Shown: piece after piece, positions 11,216 to 20,271 of the stretch
How positions within the stretch are numbered: the stretch's first letter is position 1
How the letters are laid out: every line of letters begins with the position of its first letter
From: Bacteroidota bacterium
GTDB lineage: Bacteria; Bacteroidota; Bacteroidia; Cytophagales; Cytophagaceae
Assembly (NCBI GenBank): GCA_023428135.1
Contig: JAEYZG010000036.1
Coordinates: 20,505-84,504, forward strand
Direction of reading: 5' to 3'
Length of the DNA stretch: 64,000 nt
Notes under the pieces: model-generated
The model's input: the letters and a program-made list of their open reading frames with translations, nothing else
Database searches by the model: none
Told to the model about the DNA's origin: nothing
Position numbers and translations under genes: made by a program

Positions 11216-12022
11216 TTGAAAATGGTAAAAGTAGTACTAACCACAATACTTATATTAATAAATACTTTTAATATTTGCCTCGCACAGACTAGTCCTTATA
11301 GGGTTAGAGCTATTGATGTTATTTCAATTCCTGTAGCTGGCGGACTTAGTTTACTTGGATTAAAGGAGCTGAGGGCCAAACCAAGGCTGGACAGTGCATA
11401 TGTCGTGACTTTAAGTCCGGCAGATGTTAATGCATTTGACAGAGGAGCAGCCCGCAAGGACTATCATCATGCAGGAGTCTTTTCAGATGCGGCTTTGTAT
11501 ACTTCTATTGCGATTCCGTTTTTAACACTACTAGATAAAAATATAAGGCATGATGGATTAAAAATAATAACATTATATCTGGAAACTATGGGTGCCATGG
11601 GTGTTATATATACCTGGGGTGTGAGTCAGACCAGAAGAAAACGACCTTATGTTTACAATGCTGAAGTGGAAATGGAAAAAAGGACGGGGAAAGGTGCATT
11701 AAACTCATTCTTTGCCGGACATCCTGCGGCTGCTGCAGCTTCCACCTTTTTTGCAGCAAAAGTTCTTCACGACTATTACCCTGACATGCAACATGAATGG
11801 ATTATATGGACTGTAGCATCAATTCCTCCGGCACTTGTCGGATATTTCAGATACCAAAACGGGCAGCATTTCCCGACTGATATCATCGCTGGCCTTCCTA
11901 TAGGTGTTGCCTTAGGAATTTTAATTCCGGAAATTCATAAAAAAAAGAAAGATTCAAATATTTCTATCATTCCAACTTATATTAATCAGACAGGAATTGT
12001 ATCATTTACTTATAAGTTCTGA
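11216..12022 (+). CDS. PAP2 family phosphatase
   Basis: C1 RRKRP, C2 SFFAGH, C3 RYQNGQHFPTD; signal peptide; alternative ATG at 11222. Confidence 0.8.
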   Translation: MKMVKVVLTTILILINTFNICLAQTSPYRVRAIDVISIPVAGGLSLLGLKELRAKPRLDSAYVVTLSPADVNAFDRGAARKDYHHAGVFSDAALYTSIAIPFLTLLDKNIRHDGLKIITLYLETMGAMGVIYTWGVSQTRRKRPYVYNAEVEMEKRTGKGALNSFFAGHPAAAAASTFFAAKVLHDYYPDMQHEWIIWTVASIPPALVGYFRYQNGQHFPTDIIAGLPIGVALGILIPEIHKKKKDSNISIIPTYINQTGIVSFTYKF

Positions 12023-12644
12023 TAACCTTAGGAGTATTATTCTGAGAATTCTCTTCAAGAATGTTTTTGCAATCAGTTTGGACAAAATCGGTGAGATCCT
12101 TTAGAACAACATTAAAATCTTTCCTGAATTCCACATAGTTTTCAAGAAAATCTGTAAGGGCATATTCAAAATTACCTTTTAAAGTATCTCTTTTGGCCAT
12201 TAGTTTTATGTATTTATGAACTCCGTTCATAGTTTCAAGGAGCCCAAACAGATTATTAGAAATTATGAAAGGCAAGAGTCTGTTCATTTTATAAGGAAAA
12301 ACTGAATGAAATTCCAGCAGATCCTGATAAAGATTTTGAACAAAATCTAGATATGGATATCCGGATCTTTCTTTCCATGTTGCTGCTAAAAGATGATCAT
12401 ACAAAAGATCCACAACATCCTCCGTATATTTTGAAAACTTAGGGCTTAAACGTTTCTGACTTGCGATATAAGAAGAATGGGACCTTTTAAAATTAGTAAC
12501 AAAATGATTTGATAGAATTCCTTTCCTGATTTCCGGACCATAATTATCAACTTTTGCTGGTTTTACATTGGAGCCAATAAAACTTCCAACCATGATATCT
12601 TTTGATTCAGAGAGGAATAAATAAGTGTTTAAAAGAAATCCCAT
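12006..12644 (-). CDS. ACP phosphodiesterase (AcpH)-like protein with degenerate active site
   Basis: From ATG 12644 (MGFLLN) it aligns without gaps over 90 aa to the upstream AcpH and keeps DLLYDH. The ORF-track extension to 12752 looks non-coding. Confidence 0.7.
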   Translation of the reverse strand: MGFLLNTYLFLSESKDIMVGSFIGSNVKPAKVDNYGPEIRKGILSNHFVTNFKRSHSSYIASQKRLSPKFSKYTEDVVDLLYDHLLAATWKERSGYPYLDFVQNLYQDLLEFHSVFPYKMNRLLPFIISNNLFGLLETMNGVHKYIKLMAKRDTLKGNFEYALTDFLENYVEFRKDFNVVLKDLTDFVQTDCKNILEENSQNNTPKVIRTYK

Positions 12645-12748
12645 AAAGGTTAATTTAAATTGGATCAGAAAGATCCGGTTTAAATAAGTGTATGGATGTA
12701 AAACAAATATTGACTCAAAAAATTCAAAAAATTCAAAAGTCAGCATTA

Positions 12749-13336
12749 TCACTGAATCTTCATCTCTTCCACAAACCTTATTATCTCCGGGAAAAAAGCG
12801 TTAAATTCTTCTTTATACAAATCATAATCCTTGATAAGAGCACTGCAGGCAGTCTCCATCCGGGAATGAAAGGTAGCCCGCCTTGACATTCCCTCAAAAG
12901 TTTTCTCAAGTGCTTTTATTTCTGAATAATTGTAAAGCCAGTTTTGGTTTCTCATATGGGTCAGGAGAAACTTAAGATGCTGCGAAAAATACTGAGGATA
13001 CTTTTCTAATAAATCATAAGAGGCCTGAGCGAAGTCTTTGAGTGAAGTTTCAGGGTAATAATTTTCCCATTCTACTGCCAAAAAATGATCATAATAAATA
13101 TCAACTATAACTGGAGAATATTTTCCATACTCACTATAAAGCCTCTGTTTGCTCTTTTTTACCCAAGCATTCTTATCTGTAAAATCATCAATACTTCTAT
13201 GAAGCTTTATACCTGGCAAAACTTCAGGAGATAGGTCTTTTAATTCCTTTCCCCTAACTCCATCCGCAATAAAATTTCCTACTATAATTTCATCAGAAAG
13301 TCTCCTTGACAAATATAAATGCCCCAGAAAATTCAT
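12749..13336 (-). CDS. acpH: Acyl carrier protein phosphodiesterase
   Basis: MNFLGH, GNFIAD, LHRSIDDFTD, DIYYDHFLA, NWLYNY, MSRR. Confidence 0.88.
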   Translation of the reverse strand: MNFLGHLYLSRRLSDEIIVGNFIADGVRGKELKDLSPEVLPGIKLHRSIDDFTDKNAWVKKSKQRLYSEYGKYSPVIVDIYYDHFLAVEWENYYPETSLKDFAQASYDLLEKYPQYFSQHLKFLLTHMRNQNWLYNYSEIKALEKTFEGMSRRATFHSRMETACSALIKDYDLYKEEFNAFFPEIIRFVEEMKIQ

Positions 13337-13864
13337 TTAATCTTCTTTCTCCTTAAAGTTTTTGAAAATATTCACACCCAGGCCAAATTCAAAATACACT
13401 CCATTTTCTCGTTTATCAGGAAAGTTTTGGGTTTTATAATGAGTATTAATGTATCCCAACTGAAATTGAGAATAAAATCTGGATCCGAAATAAGTCTTTA
13501 AACCTGTAAGCAGAATAAGAGAATTACCTTTAGAAATTACAGTAGGTCCTCCACCATAGAAAAGTCCTTCTTCCTTTCTTGATCCATACCCGGCCGAAAC
13601 AATCCATTTCCAATTGTAAAATACTTTTGACAATGGCAATATTTCCTGATAAACCCCAACTGCCCAATAGTCGTTCCCAGGCGCCAATCTTAAAGAAGAG
13701 TTGAAAACCTGAATATCAGCCGATGGAATAGGAGAAAAATTAACTCCTCCTATTCCATTATAAATTCCTAAATTAAATTTCTTTTTTTCGGGAGGGGTAA
13801 TCTGTCCAACGCTATTGAAATATGACAGAAGATACAATGCTGTCAGTACCGTGCGTACAATCAT
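13337..13864 (-). CDS. Hypothetical exported protein, probable small beta-barrel
   Basis: Signal peptide, amphipathic Gly/aromatic strands, GVYFEFGLGVNIF near the C-terminus. Confidence 0.6.
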   Translation of the reverse strand: MIVRTVLTALYLLSYFNSVGQITPPEKKKFNLGIYNGIGGVNFSPIPSADIQVFNSSLRLAPGNDYWAVGVYQEILPLSKVFYNWKWIVSAGYGSRKEEGLFYGGGPTVISKGNSLILLTGLKTYFGSRFYSQFQLGYINTHYKTQNFPDKRENGVYFEFGLGVNIFKNFKEKED

Positions 13865-13950
13865 TAAAACTCAATTTTACTGAATATAGTGAGAAATGAG
13901 TAGTTTATATAAACATTGCCCCACTTTAATTCTGCGTGGTAATGAAAGAT

Positions 13951-14292
13951 TTACAGCAATTCTCTTACTTTTGCTTCTTCCCTGCCAATCACAGCTTTAT
14001 TACCTTTAATTAAAATCGGGCGTTCAATAAGAACGGGATTTTCTGATAAAATTTTAATCCATTGCTTATCCGTAAAGGTCTTTCCTTTATAATTTTCAAC
14101 AAATAGAGGTTCTTTCTTTCTAACCAAATCTTCAGGTTTTATTTTAAGTTTGGTTATGATATCCTGTAACTCTTCTATGGTTAGCGGATTTTTCAGGTAT
14201 TCAATTATTTCAGGATTTTCACCAGATTCCGTCAGAATAGCCAAAGCTTGTCTGCTTTTGGTACATCTGGGATTGTGCAGCATTTGAATCAT
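13951..14292 (-). CDS. ArsC/Spx family reductase (glutaredoxin-type arsenate reductase-like)
   Basis: HNPRCTKSR and LIERPI motifs; 4-nt overlap with hslV. Confidence 0.85.
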   Translation of the reverse strand: MIQMLHNPRCTKSRQALAILTESGENPEIIEYLKNPLTIEELQDIITKLKIKPEDLVRKKEPLFVENYKGKTFTDKQWIKILSENPVLIERPILIKGNKAVIGREEAKVRELL

Positions 14293-14831
14293 TGCTTAAT
14301 GGTCTCTATTATTAAGTTATGATTGGTATAAATACAGATATCTCCTGCTATATTCAGACTTTCTCTGACTATTTCTTCTGCAGAAAGGTGAGCTGCATGT
14401 TTTTTTAAAGCCAGTGCTGCAGATTGAGCATACATTGCCCCAGAGCCAATTGCGGCAATTTGATTGTCAGGCTCAATGACATCACCAGTTCCGGAGATAA
14501 TCAATACTTCATCTTTATCAGCCGCAATAAGCATTGCTTCCAGTTTCCTTAGATATCTGTCAGTCCTCCAGTCTTTTGCAAGTTCAATTGCCCCCCTTTT
14601 AAGATTTCCACCATAGGAATTCAGTTTTTCTTCCAATCTCTCAAGTAAAGTAAAAGCGTCAGCAGTGCTTCCGGCAAAGCCACAAATGATCTTTCCGTCA
14701 AATAACCTCCTGATTTTCTTTACATTACTTTTAGCAATTGTATTACCCAGTGTTGCCTGTCCATCAGCTCCGATTGCAACTTCACCTTTATGAATTACAG
14801 AAATTACAGTTGTTGATTTAATTTTTTCCAT
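14289..14831 (-). CDS. hslV: ATP-dependent protease peptidase subunit HslV
   Basis: [47 protein letters not shown]. Confidence 0.96.
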   Translation of the reverse strand: MEKIKSTTVISVIHKGEVAIGADGQATLGNTIAKSNVKKIRRLFDGKIICGFAGSTADAFTLLERLEEKLNSYGGNLKRGAIELAKDWRTDRYLRKLEAMLIAADKDEVLIISGTGDVIEPDNQIAAIGSGAMYAQSAALALKKHAAHLSAEEIVRESLNIAGDICIYTNHNLIIETIKQ

Positions 14832-14881
14832 TCTATTTAAAAATCTTTAAAAAATTTAAATACACTTCACTCTTATAAACA

Positions 14882-14912
14882 AATAAGCCTCCCGGATGTT
14901 GAGAGGCTTATT
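14882..14912 (-). terminator. Rho-independent terminator downstream of pdhC
   Basis: AATAAGCCTC...GAGGCTTATT inverted repeat just after the stop codon. Confidence 0.65.
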
Positions 14913-14924
14913 CTTTTATTTTTA

Positions 14925-16532
14925 CTAAACCAGAATTCTAACCGGATCTTCCAAGAACTCTTTCAGAGTCTGAAGGAATGCAGATCCAACTGCTCCATCC
15001 AATGCTCTGTGATCGCATGATAATGTAAGTTTCATCACATTACCTACTTTTATTTCACCGTTCTTAACAATTGGTAGTTGTTTAATACCTCCAACCGCTA
15101 GAATTGCTGCATCCGGAGGATTAATGATGGCAGTAAACTCTTCAATACCGAACATTCCCAAATTGGAAATGGTGAAAGTATTGCCAGACATCTCAGCAGG
15201 TGACAGTTTTTTGTTTTTAGCTTTTCCACCTAGCTCTTTTACTTCTGTTCCAATTTGAGATAATGATTTATTATCTGCAAATCTCAGAACAGGTACAAGA
15301 AGACCTTCTTCAACCGCAACTGCAACACCTATATGAATATGATGATTGTATCTTATTTTATCACCTAACCATGATGAGTTTACTTTTGGATGCTTTCTTA
15401 AAGCCGCTGCTGTAGCCTTAATGACCATGTCGTTGAAGGAAATTTTAACAGGGGCAACTTCATTGATGCTTGCTCTCGCCTCGATAGCCTTATCCATGTT
15501 TACCTCCATGGTCAGATAGAAGTGAGGAGCACCGAATTTGCTTTCGCCAAGTCTTTTGGCAATTGTTTTTCTCATTTGAGAAACAGGAACCTCATCAAAA
15601 CCTTCCTGACCTACATATGCAGGAGCAGAAACTGATTTTGATTCAGTGGCTGCAGACGTTGCAGGAGCTTTAAAGCTTTCTATATCTTTCTTAACAATTC
15701 TGCCAAATTCTCCTGATCCATGAACCTGCTTCAGATCAATACCTTTGTCTTTTGCAATTTTCTTAGCCAGCGGAGAAGCTTTCAGTCTGTGATCGCCGCT
15801 AGAAACAGAAGATGATGTTTGCGCTGTTACCTGAGGAGCCGCGCTCTCTTTCTTTTCTTCTTTTGCTGCAGGAGCTGCTGAAGATGCACCTGATGCTGAA
15901 GCTGAAAGCAATGTCTGATAATCAGCCCCCTGCTCTCCTATTATAGCAAGAACACCATCAACAACAACTGCTTCTCCATCCTTAACACCTACATATAATA
16001 ATATACCGTCATTGTATGATTCCAACTCCATAGTAGCTTTATCAGTTGCTACTTCTGCAAGCAAATCACCGGATTTAACTTTATCACCTACTTTTTTATG
16101 CCAAGCAACGATGGTACCTTCTGTCATGGTATCACTCATTTTGGGCATTCTGATTATCTCAGCATTAATATTTGATGTATCAACTTTAGCTGCTGTTTTC
16201 TGAGGAGCCGGCTCAGGTTTAGTTTCTGAAGGAGCAGATGCAGGAGTTGCACCACCTTTACCTACGCTGCTCAAAAGCCCGTCGATATTTTCTCCATCTT
16301 TTCCAATGATAGCAATTACTCCATCCACAGGAGCTGATTCTTTTTCCTTTACACCTATAAATAAAAGTGTACCATCTTCGTAAGATTCCAGCTCCATTGT
16401 AGCCTTGTCAGTTTCAACCTCAGCAAGTACGTCTCCGGACTTTACTTTGTCTCCTACTTTTTTATGCCACGTAGCAATAACACCATCAGTCATGGTGTCA
16501 CTCATTTTGGGCATTCTGATCACTTCAGCCAT
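14925..16532 (-). CDS. pdhC: Pyruvate dehydrogenase E2, dihydrolipoamide acetyltransferase (two lipoyl domains)
   Basis: Two TDKATME lipoyl domains, ASPLAKK subunit-binding domain, catalytic SCDHRALDG. Confidence 0.95.
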   Translation of the reverse strand: MAEVIRMPKMSDTMTDGVIATWHKKVGDKVKSGDVLAEVETDKATMELESYEDGTLLFIGVKEKESAPVDGVIAIIGKDGENIDGLLSSVGKGGATPASAPSETKPEPAPQKTAAKVDTSNINAEIIRMPKMSDTMTEGTIVAWHKKVGDKVKSGDLLAEVATDKATMELESYNDGILLYVGVKDGEAVVVDGVLAIIGEQGADYQTLLSASASGASSAAPAAKEEKKESAAPQVTAQTSSSVSSGDHRLKASPLAKKIAKDKGIDLKQVHGSGEFGRIVKKDIESFKAPATSAATESKSVSAPAYVGQEGFDEVPVSQMRKTIAKRLGESKFGAPHFYLTMEVNMDKAIEARASINEVAPVKISFNDMVIKATAAALRKHPKVNSSWLGDKIRYNHHIHIGVAVAVEEGLLVPVLRFADNKSLSQIGTEVKELGGKAKNKKLSPAEMSGNTFTISNLGMFGIEEFTAIINPPDAAILAVGGIKQLPIVKNGEIKVGNVMKLTLSCDHRALDGAVGSAFLQTLKEFLEDPVRILV

Positions 16533-16627
16533 TGTACTAAATGCAATTGTTTAATTAAAGCTTAGAAATTAATTTCAAACTGTAATAATAAGGTTTAACT
16601 ACCTTTCAAAACAAGTTTTTAACGGAC

Positions 16628-16635
16628 CAAATTTA
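16628..16635 (-). promoter_or_regulatory. -7 box (TAAATTTG) for pdhC
   Basis: Matches TAnnTTTG upstream of pdhC. Confidence 0.5.
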
Positions 16636-16656
16636 AAAATAAAACGCAAAAAGTAC

Positions 16657-16691
16657 TATCCCCACCCTGAAAATATACAGGAGTGGGGATA
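16657..16691 (-). terminator. Hairpin terminator downstream of desaturase 1
   Basis: TATCCCCAC-CCTG...CAGG-A-GTGGGGATA stem with T-rich flanks. Confidence 0.65.
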
Positions 16692-16735
16692 TTTTTCTTA
16701 AAATCTATATTTCTTAGGGATTTAACCTTATTTTT

Positions 16736-17830
16736 TTACGCAGAGTATTCCATTTCGGGTCTGCTAAATCTTTTCAGAACCTTATAATGTGACACCAATG
16801 CTTTTCCAAAAGATGGGTATTCATGATAAGGAATACCGAATTCAATAGCTGTTCCTCTAACGATTTCAGAAATTGCCGGATAGTGGATATGGCAAATTTT
16901 AGGAAACAAATGGTGCTCCACCTGCATATTTAACCCCCCGCATAAAAACCCAGCTATAGGACTTTTTCTTGCAAAATTCGCAGTTGTACGCATTTGATGA
17001 ACTGCCCAGGCTTCTTCTATATTTCCATCTTCATTTGGATCTGGAAATTCTGTTAATTCAACCACGTGGGCAAGCTGAAACACAAGTCCTAATACAAGTC
17101 CTTCTGCAAAGTGCATCGTTAAAAACCCGATAATGAACTGCCACCATGTTATATCAACAAATACAAGTGGAAGAACTATAAAGGCTATATAATATAGGAT
17201 CTTAAACAGAAACAGTTTAACATATTCTTTTTTTGGATGGTCATTCACATGAGTTCCAATATTCTTTTTAAAGAACTTGATATAATCTTTTCTCATTACC
17301 CATGAAAGACTTGCCAGGCAATAAAGGAAAAAGGCGTAATAATGCTGATATCTTTGTATTTTATTTGATTTTTCTTCAGGATTTAACCTGATTAGTCCGG
17401 GAGCGATTTCTATATCTTCATCATGCCCGTGAATATTGGTATAGGTATGATGCACCACATTGTGTGCAATACTCCACAAATAAGCATTAGCACCTATGAG
17501 GTTAAATAAATAACCAAAGACTTTATTAAGTGTGGTATTGTTAGAATAAGATCCATGAATGGCATCATGGCAAATATTAAATCCTATAAATGCCGCAAAC
17601 ATCCCAAGCAGTGCGCTTAGCACCCACATGGTAATAAGTCCGAATTGATTTGAAATAATTAAACCATAGAAAAGCAGTAATCCGCCCAAAAAAACCACAG
17701 TTTTAAGATACATTGCAGAATTACCTGTTTTTGAGATATTATTCTCTGTAAAATAATTGTCTACTCTTTCTCTGACGGTTGAAAAAAAACCAGTTTTTTT
17801 TACGTCGATGAATTTTACTTTTGCTAACAT
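16736..17830 (-). CDS. Membrane fatty acid (acyl-CoA) desaturase
   Basis: His boxes HDAIH, HNVVHH, QVEHHLFP. Confidence 0.92.
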   Translation of the reverse strand: MLAKVKFIDVKKTGFFSTVRERVDNYFTENNISKTGNSAMYLKTVVFLGGLLLFYGLIISNQFGLITMWVLSALLGMFAAFIGFNICHDAIHGSYSNNTTLNKVFGYLFNLIGANAYLWSIAHNVVHHTYTNIHGHDEDIEIAPGLIRLNPEEKSNKIQRYQHYYAFFLYCLASLSWVMRKDYIKFFKKNIGTHVNDHPKKEYVKLFLFKILYYIAFIVLPLVFVDITWWQFIIGFLTMHFAEGLVLGLVFQLAHVVELTEFPDPNEDGNIEEAWAVHQMRTTANFARKSPIAGFLCGGLNMQVEHHLFPKICHIHYPAISEIVRGTAIEFGIPYHEYPSFGKALVSHYKVLKRFSRPEMEYSA

Positions 17831-17955
17831 TTATGGTATTTAGGTATTATAATTTCAATCTATTCTTCATTAATACGAAAAAATTCTATACATGAATGAA
17901 AAACATTACATGAACGAATATTCATATTTTGGAAATATATGTATATCAGTTTTTT

Positions 17956-18585
17956 TTAACAAAATAAATTTTTAAGATGTTCCTTACAATTCGATTTTTC
18001 TATCACTAATCCAGTGCCCTGAGAATATGTCAAAATATATAGGCCAAGATTATGATGTTCAAATGTTTCCATCTTCCTCAAATCATTATGTAGTATAGAT
18101 GCAAGTAATATCCTCATAGCCCTCCCATGCATGCAAATTAAAACATTTTCTTCTTTCTCATTAGAAATAATATGATTCCATGCATCTAAAAGTCTTTTTT
18201 CCACTTCGCGTGGGCTTTCTCCACCTTCCATTTTCAACTCAAAATCTCCGGAATTCCATCCTTTTACAAGCTGCCAATATTGGGCATTTTCGTCAACACT
18301 TATCATTTGACCATCTTTATTGCCCCAGTTGATTTCATTAAGTCCTTTTAAAGTTTTATAAGGAATACCCAGATCTATAAATGGTTGAACGGATTGTTTG
18401 GTTCGTTTTAGGGCAGAAATATAAATTTTATCAAACGAAACATTTTTATAAGAATTATAAAATGCCTTTGCCTGATTCTGGCCAGTCTCATTCAGATCTG
18501 TATCAACCCCACTCCCCTGAACAATTCCTTTCAGATTATAATCTGTCTGGCCATGTCTTAAAAGGTAAATTTTTTTCGTTTTCAA
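17956..18585 (-). CDS. Histidine phosphatase (phosphoglycerate mutase family)
   Basis: LLRHGQT, LNEINWG, GGES, CMHG. Confidence 0.88.
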   Translation of the reverse strand: MKTKKIYLLRHGQTDYNLKGIVQGSGVDTDLNETGQNQAKAFYNSYKNVSFDKIYISALKRTKQSVQPFIDLGIPYKTLKGLNEINWGNKDGQMISVDENAQYWQLVKGWNSGDFELKMEGGESPREVEKRLLDAWNHIISNEKEENVLICMHGRAMRILLASILHNDLRKMETFEHHNLGLYILTYSQGTGLVIEKSNCKEHLKNLFC

Positions 18586-18624
18586 TTTTGTTCTACTTTT
18601 GTACTAATATAGTATTGCAAAATA

Positions 18625-19044
18625 ATGATTAATCCCAACATTACTGTTCAGAACCTTAATAAACTATCCAAAAATACAATGGTAGAGCATTTAGGGATTG
18701 AATATTTAGAAGTCGGCGAGGACTATATTATTGGCCGAATGCCTGTAGATAATCGTACCCATCAGCCAATGGGGTTTCTGCACGGAGGTGCTTCTGTAGC
18801 ACTTGCCGAAACCCTTGGATCCATAGGATCAGCATCTTGCGTCAACCTTGAGCAATATGCTCCATTTGGTCTTGAGATTAACGCTAATCACGTTAAAAGT
18901 GTTCGAAGTGGCTATGTCTATGGAAAAGCTTCTCTTGTTCACTTTGGAAAAAACACGCACATCTGGGATATCAGAATTGAAAATGAAAAAAAAGAATTAG
19001 TTTGTATCAGCAGACTAACTGTTGCCATAGTACCTAAAAAGTAA
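18625..19044 (+). CDS. menI: Hotdog thioesterase, probable DHNA-CoA hydrolase
   Basis: HQPMGFLHGGASVALAETLGS, EINANH; first gene of the men cluster. Confidence 0.8.
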   Translation: MINPNITVQNLNKLSKNTMVEHLGIEYLEVGEDYIIGRMPVDNRTHQPMGFLHGGASVALAETLGSIGSASCVNLEQYAPFGLEINANHVKSVRSGYVYGKASLVHFGKNTHIWDIRIENEKKELVCISRLTVAIVPKK

Positions 19045-19057
19045 ATACATTTATCGG

Positions 19058-20266
19058 ATGAAGGGATTGAGTACCCGCACTGACTTTGTTCAAAGTTTTG
19101 ATCGGGCTGAAGAAACACTGGAGCGATTATTCACTGCTTCTTTTAACCTTGGACTTGCTGTCGCTGTTTGGAAAGAACCAGGGCGAGATGATATTTCCAT
19201 CATCATTGACTTTTCTGAAACTCTTAATAAAGTTGAGTTTAATGAAAACATTGGCTCCGGATTTCTTTTAAGTCCTTTTATCAACCCAGACTTAAATGAG
19301 ACTATATTAATCAGGCCTGATATCTTTTTCAACTCTTCCGAATCTGAAATACAAGTAAATAAAATTCCAAATTCAGCTCTTGCTGATACTTTTGAATATC
19401 ATTACAATGAGATTACCTCATTCCATCAGGACAAATACAGCTCAAAGAATTCAAATACAAGACAAACTCAGGATTTTATTAATCTTGTAGAAAAAGCTGT
19501 AGAAGAAATTCAAAAAGAAAAATTTAAAAAAGTTGTTCTTTCCCGTTCTAAAGAGAAAGAGCTTCCCACCGGATTCAATCCCTTTCAATTCTATCTTCAG
19601 CTTTGTCAAAATCATCCTCTGGCTTTCACTTCTCTGGTTAGTCATCCTACCTTGGGAACATGGATTGGTGCTACTCCGGAACTGCTTGCAAGTGTATCCA
19701 AGGATTATATCTTTAAAACGATAGCTCTGGCAGCAACTAAACCTGCAACAGGAATTCAGAAACTTAATGAAGTAGTCTGGACGCAAAAAGAGATTGAAGA
19801 ACAGGCAATAGTAAGTAGATACATTATCAACTGCTTTAAATCTATCCGCTTGCGGGAATATGAAGATGAAGGCCCTAGAACTGTTCAGGCTGGGAATTTA
19901 TTTCATTTGCGGACAGATTTTACTGTTAACATCAATGAAGTACCTTTTCCTGATCTTTTATACAGAATGTTAAAACTTCTCCATCCTACTTCTGCTGTAT
20001 GTGGCACTCCGAAAGAGCCAGCCATGAGTTTTATAACAGAAATGGAAAAATATGACAGAGAACTATTTACAGGATTCCTTGGACCAATCAAAATAAATAA
20101 CGAAACTAGTATTTATGTAAATATCAGATGCTGCAAAATTCACTCAGGAAAAGTTACTTTTTTTGCAGGTGCCGGTATTACAAAAGATTCAATGGCTGCC
20201 AATGAATTGGAAGAAACCAATCATAAAATGTACACATTAGAATCACTCTTTGGTCATCTTCAATAA
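19058..20266 (+). CDS. menF: Isochorismate synthase
   Basis: KVVLSR, GATPELL, KEIEEQ, LHPTSAVCG, VNIRC, AGAGIT; upstream of menD. Confidence 0.88.
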   Translation: MKGLSTRTDFVQSFDRAEETLERLFTASFNLGLAVAVWKEPGRDDISIIIDFSETLNKVEFNENIGSGFLLSPFINPDLNETILIRPDIFFNSSESEIQVNKIPNSALADTFEYHYNEITSFHQDKYSSKNSNTRQTQDFINLVEKAVEEIQKEKFKKVVLSRSKEKELPTGFNPFQFYLQLCQNHPLAFTSLVSHPTLGTWIGATPELLASVSKDYIFKTIALAATKPATGIQKLNEVVWTQKEIEEQAIVSRYIINCFKSIRLREYEDEGPRTVQAGNLFHLRTDFTVNINEVPFPDLLYRMLKLLHPTSAVCGTPKEPAMSFITEMEKYDRELFTGFLGPIKINNETSIYVNIRCCKIHSGKVTFFAGAGITKDSMAANELEETNHKMYTLESLFGHLQ

Positions 20267-20271
20267 TATTT

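Noticed and set aside
12645..12752. N-terminal extension of the AcpH-like ORF
   Set aside because: Phe-rich translation of a 9-bp tandem repeat; homology to AcpH starts at M(12644)
14289..14831. hslV without an adjacent hslU
   Set aside because: Separation of the two genes is not unusual; hslU may lie outside the window
15950..16532. DNA direct repeat inside pdhC
   Set aside because: Explained by the two tandem lipoyl domains
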